40,188 nucleotides of DNA, taken from positions 1-40,188 of the forward strand of contig JBHGNT010000281.1 of NCBI GenBank assembly GCA_043228905.1, written 5' to 3'. The position numbers were made by a program, and so were the translations under genes. The stretch's first letter is position 1, and each line of letters begins with the position of its first letter. Under the pieces are notes generated by a model that made no database searches, was not told the DNA's origin, and was given only the letters and a program-made list of their open reading frames with translations. This stretch comes from Azolla caroliniana (Eukaryota > Plantae > Polypodiophyta). Positions 32,501 to 40,188 of this stretch are shown here, piece by piece.

Positions 32501-35500
32501 ACTAACCCATTGATGCTGTTGATATATGATGGATACTATCTATACCTCTCCTTTATTAGGCACACATTGATCTTTGTATCAGGCATTGTGGCTATAGGTT
32601 GTAAACCTGTATACTAGACAGATTTCCTAGGAAGAGGTACCTTGGAGGAGATCTTGAGGTCTACATGGTGTACATTTCAATATTTCACCTTTTTTACTCC
32701 ACAAAAGATGAGAAATGCCATTGATAGGTTACAATTTGGAAAGACCCAAGGTCATGATGGCTTGTTTGCTGAACTTTTATTTGTCTGTGACACGTTGCCC
32801 CCTCTTCTTTCATAGAGCTATGTGTGAAGGTTTCCCCAGTATATGGACAGAAAATAGTATTGTACTGATCTTCAAGTGCGGAGATCCCATGATACCTAGC
32901 AATTATAGTTTAGCAATACTTGGCTAAACTATATAGTTCAATCCCAAAGTCAGAATTGAATGTATGGGCAGAGAGAAATGACTCTTGCGCAGCTGGACAG
33001 GCAGTTTTCTGAAAGGGGCTCTCAATGTCAGATAACAAATTGACCCTTTGAGTCCTTATTCAGGAGGGAAGAGCGCATAAAAGGAGAATCTGCTGTTGCT
33101 TTGTGGGATTCTGGAAAGCTTTCGACATTGGACTGTGCAATTAGTTCATGTAAGGACTAGAAGCCCATGGAGTCCCTATAGATATGCAATAAGTACTATA
33201 TGAATCAGTGTCAACAAAAAGTCTGCTCTCCTATTGGGTCATTAGAGGCCGTGGCTAACATGAGTTGTTAAAGTGGGGTCTCTATCACAACACTTGAAAT
33301 GGGTCACAATAGATCAGGAATAGTAATGTGTCATGCCCGTTGGCCACAACCATCTGTGCCACAGTCCTTGTTTCCATATGATCGAAAAATAAAGGCCATT
33401 ATCACCCAGTACTGAAAGTACTTCTTTCGCTTCGGAGATCTCTCTGTTTTGGAGCGTTCCATGTCAAACATTTTTTAAAGGCAGAAGTTTGGTCATCTAA
33501 GTTCAGAATCTATTGGCCATTTTGGCCTCTTGAAGGATGTTAATATAGCTTTATTTCTTTTCTTTCTTTTTTTCATCTACTGCTGATACAAGTGATTCGC
33601 TTTATGCATTGGTTGTTTTTAGTAAGATATTTCTTTGGCATGATATCTGATTATTTTTGTAAGTGCAGGTCATGTGCTTTCTCGCAATGAATTTTCTTAT
33701 GGGGCGCTTTGGTTCTAACACTGTTTTCAAGGATGTGGAATTTCAAACAAATGAAACAGTATCATACTTGACCACGTCAGCTGTTATTGAGCAATCTGTT
33801 GTCATCTGCTTCACTCTGTACTTGCCATTGCTTGTCTTGGGCTTTTACACTGTTAAAAAGCTGTGGAGCTCTTGTTTTCTGCAAAGTAGTTCTTCTTGGG
33901 TCGTGTTCTTTGGTGTACCCCTATCATATATAGCCTTAATGCTTCATTGGTTAGTTGGTGACCTTGTCAAGCTGCATTTGCTTTTCATTCCTGAAACTGC
34001 CAAAGAACTTGTGAGGTTGCGGTTACCTCAAATAGTTTATTACATTGTAGCTCTTCAGACTTTGTTGTTGGTTTATGAGATCAAAGACATTGAGCACAAG
34101 AATATGAAATTTCGGCTGAAAAATCTTCTTGAAGATGCTGCCATGTTGTGTATTGCTGTATGGGGCAGTCTGATATTATTGCTGCTTGGGAGGCAGGGAC
34201 CCCTTATCACTTTGATTGCTGCTATAGAAGGTAGAAAAATCGGTTTCTACAGTTTTGACTCCTAATATATTCATGATTGTTCCGTTTAAGTTGAACCAGG
34301 CCTCAAGATTTCATTATTTTCCCATCTTAACTTGGGTCAGTGGGTATTTATGCGTCAGTAGAGGATATGTATAAAATGGCCAGCCGTGCTGAATGAAGTC
34401 TAGGATTTTTTTTGAATACATATGATGGGATCTTCTATTCTCATGTGCATATAAAAGCTTTAGGAATGATGGTGGAATATTCTGTTTTCATCACTGCAAA
34501 TGTCAGCGTTCCAAACTTCATTGAAATTTTTTAATGAATATTATACACATTCTTAATGTGAATTTCACAGTTATACAAGGTGTTGGTTGAAGCTTCATAT
34601 ACCAGAATCTTATGTCTCTTTTCTAGGTTGGTCTCTTATGAACATGCAATTTCCATGTTCATCTCCATTGAAAGTACCTGCTGTGGATGGAGTATACAGT
34701 GTCCCAGATTACTCTTTTGCAAATTTTCAGTGGAGTCTTTTTGCAGTACAGATATTCTTTTCAACGGGTCATAGGTAACTGTGCATCAATACACTTCATA
34801 TTTTAGGATGCAATTTGAAAATTCCCCATGAATTCAATTGTTCTATGATTACTGCTCGTTCCATAGATGTGCTTTTGATGGACTACGGTATGCTGCTGCC
34901 TTCGTAGGGTAAGGATTTAATTTTTTGGGTGCATGTATAGAACCATGTATTTTCACTGATTAATTTGTCTTCATCTACAGATTTGATCAATTCAACATAT
35001 ATCGTCAGGGAATTCTTCTTGGGATTGATACATTTGGAGCTTCTCATATACTCCCCGTGGTTGGACTAGCAGTGCTGGTTGCAAAGAGAAATTCAGGGAC
35101 TGGAATGTTTTCCTCCAATGCATTTTATAGGTCACAGTTTTTTCAGGTTCTTACACTGCCATTTTTTGTATTATAGTAAGCTATAATCCATGATTATTTA
35201 CTCTTGGTCATGCCAGTTATACAAGGTGACATTTTTTGTATTATAGTATGCTATAATCCGTGATTATTTTATAAGCTATAATCTGTGATTATTGTACTCT
35301 TAGTCAAGCCAGTTATATGAGGTCAAATTAACACTTTGTACGCGAAGGTAGATACATTATTAGTGAAAGAGGTAAATCTTGACCAGAAATGAACTAGACA
35401 CCCTTTATGAAACAGCCACTGACCGGTAGTGTGGTGGTGTATATGATGCATGACGTCTGATCCATATAGACTAGAAAGAAAGAAAGATATATTTACTTCT

Positions 35501-36713
35501 CATAAGAGGCGAAAATGGCTTACAAGACTGAATAAAAGATGACACGAGAACAATGTATCATATTGGAGAAAAACCAAAATTTGTAAATTAGTAAGTAAAT
35601 TAGTAAAACTGCCTAGGGTACCAGATATTCCTGATAGTTAACACACAAATGGTGTAATTTTAAATGAATGAGAACTTTTTGTTTTCAAAAATAGGGACCA
35701 ATAATGGTTTACGAAACGGTAGAAACTACAATTGGTTTTGTTTATATTGGGTGAACCTCAGCTGAAAAAATTTACCATTCTAAACGTGGTCTATGAAATC
35801 AAAAGTTTCTGTTCCAACTTCCAGCCATATGAATGTTTACAAAGTGCATGATTGAAAGTTTTTAAACAATCAGCTTAGTTTTCAATCCATCTTTGTCCCA
35901 AATTTGTGGCAACTAATTGGGATGTTCCAGATATAAGATGATCCTCTAGATTCAAATACAGCTTCGTACGTACCGAGAATCAGGCACAAGGTGCCCAACA
36001 GTAAGGGATTTTGTATGCTCCTTTTAGCGATACAGATTTTGCTTTTGGAAAGAAAAACATAAGCTTATAGCAAATCGGGAGAACATTTTGGCCATAGAAA
36101 CTAAATTTTAAGTATAGGCAAAACAATCAATGTATGCCTGCATATTTACTAGGATATCCATTAGTTTTCAAGTCTTACCAGAATACCATTTAGCTTTTAC
36201 TGCTTGACATTCAAGTATAGGGCAAAACCACCAATTTACAACTTTTTGCATATTTACTAGTATGCCCCTCAAATTTCAAGAATTTCTGGACAGCACTCAA
36301 TTTTTACTGCCATACCCTAGACAATGACACTCTATTTTGTTTATAAGAATACAAAAATTTAAAATGTATAACTCATCTTGTATAATGCCATTAAATCCTA
36401 AATTTGACGTCTTCCATTTGAATGTAGGCATTATTAATGTATGGGCTGGTTCGGACGGTGACAACCTTTTTCACTACTGTGTGCGTAACAATTCAGAGAC
36501 GTCATTTAATGGTATACTGCCTTCATTCGTATCTTTTGTTGTTGTTTTGTTCCTTTTTTGTCGTTTCTAATGTGTTTACTCTCTTACTTGATTGTTGATA
36601 TTTAGGTATGGGGATTATTTGCTCCTAAATTTGTTTTTGATGCTGCTGGCTTGCTGGTGACTGACGGCATATTGTTTCTCTTCTATGCATTGTGCCTTCC
36701 TCTTCTTAAATAG
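17585..36713 (+). CDS. PIGO: GPI ethanolamine phosphate transferase 3 (PIG-O/GPI13), 20 exons, ~1064 aa
   Basis: Exons, all GT-AG and frame-consistent, 3195 nt in total: 17585-17898, 19524-19561, 19639-19757, 26000-26089, 26207-26326, 26657-26740, 26827-26904, 26995-27120, 27313-27393, 28587-28625, 28707-28762, 29110-29260, 31569-32265, 32386-32477, 33669-34230, 34627-34774, 34867-34908, 34981-35146, 36428-36511, 36606-36713. Motifs: [82 protein letters not shown] and [14 protein letters not shown]. Confidence 0.95.
18359..18551. repeat. Near-perfect tandem duplication, 95-bp unit x2, in PIG-O intron 1
   Basis: GATCAGAG(T/A)GGAAAATAATAGAGTGATCTG...GGTATCAA starts at 18359 and again at 18454, with about 2 mismatches. 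Confidence 0.92.
18552..19375 (+). mobile_element. RTE-like LINE 3' fragment (C-terminal Cys/His region and 3' UTR) in intron 1
   Basis: Decayed SHQ.EI.IGRY...EE.IC.C...EEHY...FYEI.G.YH.LFKQGF. The 3' end TTGTTCTCAAAGAC..AAGATGTAATCT..GTTAATATATCT-CTTT is shared with the 22715-23027 insert. Confidence 0.65.
20518..20950 (+). repeat. 5' LTR (433 bp; begins AG instead of TG)
   Basis: Direct repeat of 25509-25972, roughly 96% identical by eye. TATAAATA near 20753. Confidence 0.93.
20951..20962 (+). promoter_or_regulatory. Primer-binding site complementary to initiator tRNA-Met
   Basis: TGGTATCAGAGC immediately after the 5' LTR. Confidence 0.93.
22715..23027 (+). mobile_element. Short retroposed insert (two tandem RTE/SINE 3' ends) in the copia integrase
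   Basis: Interrupts YFMLIID|..RKVWVYFL. Two copies of TTTGGTCTTATAGGCCATTTTGGCCTCTTAAAAGACGTTAATATAT(CTTT)n. Confidence 0.8.
25509..25972 (+). repeat. 3' LTR (464 bp, with an internal ~34-bp tandem duplication)
   Basis: TG...CA ends, follows the PPT, and carries an extra copy of CTCTCTA.AATTTGCAA..CTTTAAATGCCTTC absent from the 5' LTR. Confidence 0.93.
26041..26200 (+). repeat. Diverged tandem duplication of the exon 4 3' half plus its splice donor
   Basis: GAACAGCTTTGGGGCGGCAGCTATTGTGGAGGACAACATCATTAACCAG|GTTT (26041) versus GAACAGCTTTAGGGTGGCTGCTATTGTGGAGAACAGCATTATTCACCAG|GTTT (26128). Confidence 0.88.
27895..28280. repeat. Two diverged ~220-bp tandem units in intron 9
   Basis: CAATGGT.CTTTACAGAGA.AA.ATACAT.TT.CTACTTAGG...CCAGTTT...GACAT.AG at ~27912 and ~28133. 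Confidence 0.6.
29650..30070 (+). mobile_element. Highly decayed Ty1/copia RNase H remnant in intron 12, possibly followed by an LTR remnant
   Basis: [18 protein letters not shown] (29886-29940, with a frameshift) and a purine tract AGAAGGGAG near 30059. Confidence 0.6.
30593..30813. repeat. Diverged tandem duplication (~125-bp period)
   Basis: TTTTCATTTGGAATTA...TAAGATGACAGATGAGGAAACC...TTATGGA occurs twice. Confidence 0.7.
32690..33575 (+). mobile_element. Decayed RTE-like LINE fragment (RT N-terminal part and 3' tail) in intron 14
   Basis: [16 protein letters not shown]...SNY, AKLYS, GQA.F..G and CCFV.F.KAFD-like motifs. Ends in GGCCATTTTGGCCTCTT..GTTAATATA.(CTTT)n at 33516-33573. Confidence 0.7.
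35161..35317. repeat. Short tandem duplication (~70-bp unit, 2-3 partial copies) in intron 18
   Basis: ATTTTTTGTATTATAGTA.GCTATAATCC.TGATTATT is repeated, and GCCAGTTATA occurs twice. Confidence 0.75.
35473..35536 (-). mobile_element. Isolated antisense copy of the RTE/SINE 3' tail
   Basis: Reverse complement reads TTATTCAGTCTTGTAAGCCATTTTCGCCTCTTATGAGAAGTAAATATAT(CTTT)n. Confidence 0.65.
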
Positions 36714-37199
36714 ACAGTCCAAGTTTTCTTTTGTATATATTCCTTGACCTGTAATATTCCTCATATATGGTCCATCATGTTTCCAAGTTTGATGTCACCT
36801 TTGTATTGAGATTCCCTCAAATGATGATCTGGGAATTACAAATGATAGTGAGTCAATGCTCATAACTAGTAGATGAGCATCCAACAAGACTTACGTGAAT
36901 ATGGGCCATTGCTCTCCAAACCATCAAATGGGAGTTCAAGCCACAAAAGGCAATCTAACCATAGGGTGCGTGATCATTGTTGTAATATCATTGCCATCAT
37001 ATTCACAGAGACAATCTTGTTCTTGGTGTCAATATTTATTTATTGATTTATAATTATTAATAAATCAAATTTTTACGATAGAAACACCTTCCAACACTGG
37101 TGCAAACAAAATTTGATAAATAATGCCTGCAGGTAAAACACAGTGACTTATTGGGCGCTGATTGCTGTCCAATGTAAGTTAGTGGTAAGCATTGTTAAA

Positions 37200-38800
37200 G
37201 AGTTCCAAGTAACCTCCTTTGTTAGTTTAATGTTGGCTTTATGAATTAAAGGTGGTTCCTTTGCCGATGGTCAGTGATTGCTTGATATCCATAGTTAAAT
37301 GAGTGATGTACCCCTTTTGTGCAACAAAAGTCCCTTTCTACCACCTCATCATTGTGTGCACCACCTTAAGGTCACCTATCAATGCATTGGGAAGGTTGGG
37401 GTATTTGCCTCGGTCATCTGTGTGACTTTTCTTACTAGAGTATTGCTTGTATATCTTTATGAAATGTTTGGATTGAGAGTATTCATCTTGCCAATCTCGT
37501 AATTGAAAAGTTGCCAATTTCTGTATATGGTTTTGTACATGCATGAAAAGTCACTTTGTTTGGTGTCTTAAGGCAATATGGAACTAACAAAGAGAATGCT
37601 AATATAAAAGTTTCAAAGAAAATGTTTGCATTTGGTAAACAATTGCGAAGGTTGTCTCTATTACGTGAAAAAAACTTATAATGTTGGAAAGCCACTCCTA
37701 CATAACCCTAGTGTGCTATTGGCAACTCTTAAGTGGCACTTATCTTAGTAATAGGATGGCTTGCATGAAGGTCACGAAGGCCTGAGTCAACATTGACCCT
37801 TCACATATGGTGATTGCCTTTGCACTTGATGGATATTTACAAGCATGTGCATTCTTTGTGGATCCATGCACCATGGCTTGATACAAGAATCCCTAAAACT
37901 CATCTCACTTGGAGATGTTGCCCTATCCCCTTAGTGATGCTTGAATATGACGTTGCAACACCTATGTTGGGATATCACAACCACTAGAATAATCATTGAT
38001 GATCGCATTGTAGGAATTGCTACTCTAGTAGGTCATTGCACATTGTGGAGTTTCTTTGGACATGGAGTATCGTTGTGTTGTTTAGGAATGCAAAGGTTGT
38101 TGTGATAAAAAAGATTGCCATTAATAGCCCCAACCACAATCAGGGTGCTTTCAACGAAACTAGGTTGGGCATTTGAGCAGCTAGTGCCCACCAATGCTCA
38201 CGTTGCTGATCAAACATATAGGGATAAGTTTTGATCAAACATATAAGGCAACTTGGCTAGTAGGGACACTTGTGGGACACTCCAAATACAAAGAACTTTC
38301 CCACATGGCCATTAACTTGACCATAATGACCATTGGTGAGAATGGTTGCAAGACAATGGAGAACATCATGGTAGACTCTTGTGAGAGCAACCACATTGAT
38401 GAGCTCCATGAGATATGTTCAATTGTGTTCAATGATATTTGGCTCACCCTCCAAATTAGTGAAATGAAGCTATCTTTTAATCTATCGTTTTGTTTCCATG
38501 GCTTGTTGAACCAACTTATGGATGTCATTAAAAACTTAGGTGTCTTGAGATTGAGAAAGGATCCTAACAGCTAGGTAATTAATTGCATGAGAATGTTGTG
38601 CTACATCATTCTTGCTAGTTTGTTACAATGGCAAACATGGAGGATAATACTTTCTACTTTTACAAGAATTGCAACAATATGATTGCTTAGTTTCAAGAGT
38701 ATAGAACCTATCCTCGGTAAAATTGGAGGCTCCTTAAAAGTAAAACGTAAGATTAAAGACATAATTAAGGTTTTTCGATTATTGACATGTGTTTTGTTCC
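37200..38800 (-). mobile_element. Possible very old Ty3/gypsy pol remnant
   Basis: Weak: FKEPPIL..IVAIL..HVCH resembles the RT-RNase H junction. Otherwise heavily decayed. Confidence 0.3.
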
Positions 38801-39244
38801 ATATCGGGATGAGGAAGAGGAAGGATCCAATGCAATCCCAATAGAGTAAACCACAAGGTCTCATACGCAATGGGAGTTTGCTTGTTTGCGTCACCACGGT
38901 GTATTCATCCACATTCAAAATTTCAATCCTCGTCCATACTGACATCCACCACCATGGGAGCTTGCTTACTTTGTGTTACACATACAACGTGCATCCACCC
39001 ACTTGTGTGTGTGTGTGTGTACAACATACGCGATCTGATCCTTTTGTATACATATCAACATAGGGATTCCGCAGGCGCAAAAAAGATGTGTGGCACGACG
39101 ATGCATGCATGTGTGGCTAGGGATGGGGCATAATATTTTGTGGCGTCCGCCCCCATTTGACTTGGCCGGCCGGCCGGCCAACCGAAGAGTAAAGCACCTT
39201 ACCCTTCATCATCATCATCTTCTTCTTCTTCCGACGGCCAAGAG

Positions 39245-39272
39245 GAAGAAGAAGAAGAAGAAGAAGAAGAAG
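39245..39272. repeat. (GAA)n microsatellite upstream of TIM14
   Basis: Directly visible, preceded by (CAT)n(CTT)n. Confidence 0.9.
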
Positions 39273-39519
39273 ACGGCGGCCGGTGTGTGTGTGTGTGAGG
39301 AAGGAAGGATCCGATGGAAACATCCGGAGTCTTCTAGAAAGACAAAGGAGTAAAGCAGATAGAGGCAGGAGAAAAACGCGAAGACTTGCCGAAAGCAGAG
39401 ATTTTTAGGGTTCCGTCGTTCCCGTTCTTACTCTGTGTTTCTTTCTGTGCTCACTCTCTCTCTCTCCCTATCGCGCGCGGATCATCCCAGAACCTCTCCT
39501 CTCTCTCTCGCTCGCTCAC

Positions 39520-40188
39520 ATGGTATGCGTTTCTCGTCGAACTTAGATGATTTTCAATGGTGTCTTCTCTTTATCTTTAGGATCTCCGTATAGAGAAGGC
39601 AGATATGAAAGTTTTGACACAGACGGATTCCTTTAATCTTCTATCTCATCTGAAACCATCCGATTGTGCTTTAGGTGTCGACGAACAATACATGGCCGTT
39701 TTTTTCTATGCTCTGAGCATCCTCTCACAAAAAACTTTGGGAGGGGGTTCGGTCTTGTTCTAGCTGTGTTTTAGTTTTTGATGAAAGGAAAACACCCCCC
39801 CGTGTTTCTCCAACTGTTTCATAAATCAGAAATCAGAAGGTGGGGCTTGGGGGTGTAATGATTTACCCACCCAGGGCCTTGTGAGTACTGAATACTGTTA
39901 GATTCTGAAATGGATTTCGGTTTTCAATTGCGTATGTAGCTTAGGTTTTTGAGTTCCTGCGGAAGGCGAGTAGTTTGATTGATCTCTAACCGTGTTTGGA
40001 GTGTGTTTCTAACCACTCGTGTGACTTGAGTTTCAGAGTTTTATGTGCTTATTTTTTCTTTTTCCGGGTTTCTGGCAACAGGCGACACCATTAATCGCTG
40101 GAGTGGCCGTTGCAGCAGCGGCATTAGCAGGAAAGTATGGCATTGAGGCCTGGCATGCGTTCAAGGCGAGGCCCCGTGTCCCTCGGAT
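39520..40188 (+). CDS. TIM14: Mitochondrial import motor J-protein TIM14/PAM18, 5' part (coding exons 39520-39522 and 40082->40188, truncated by the window)
   Basis: ATG|GTATGC ... CAACAG|GCG gives M-ATPLIAGVAVAAAALAGKYGIEAWHAFKARPRVPR, matching the plant TIM14/PAM18 N-terminus as I recall it. Missed by the ORF track. Confidence 0.88.

Noticed and set aside
35600-36322. Possible MITE with CTAGGGTA..TACCCTAG ends and an internal ~100-bp duplication
   Set aside because: Inverted similarity is too short and degenerate to define ends or a TSD.
39205-39275. (CTT)n/(GAA)n hairpin and poly-Lys/Leu ORFs
   Set aside because: Simple-repeat artefact typical of plant promoter regions.

Overview
Eukaryotic land-plant genomic DNA; a non-seed plant such as a fern or lycophyte is my guess from the transposon types, not something the sequence proves. 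The first ~11 kb is a nest of decayed transposons. It holds a minus-strand Ty3/gypsy gag-PR/RT element with an apparent -1 ribosomal frameshift cassette (GGAUUUU-UAG plus an H-type pseudoknot), and a plus-strand gypsy integrase split by a 2.96-kb TIR element containing a 1.44-kb 'palindrome of palindromes' and by a solo LTR. That integrase is fused to the 3' end of a Ty1/copia element. Three plus-strand host genes follow: a 2-exon, probably GPI-anchored stellacyanin-type phytocyanin; a 20-exon GPI ethanolamine-phosphate transferase 3 (PIG-O/GPI13, ~1064 aa); and the 5' end of TIM14/PAM18. PIG-O intron 3 carries a full-length decayed copia element inserted on the predicted branch point, and its other introns carry RTE-LINE and copia remnants. 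All exon boundaries, alignments and folds were worked out by eye.
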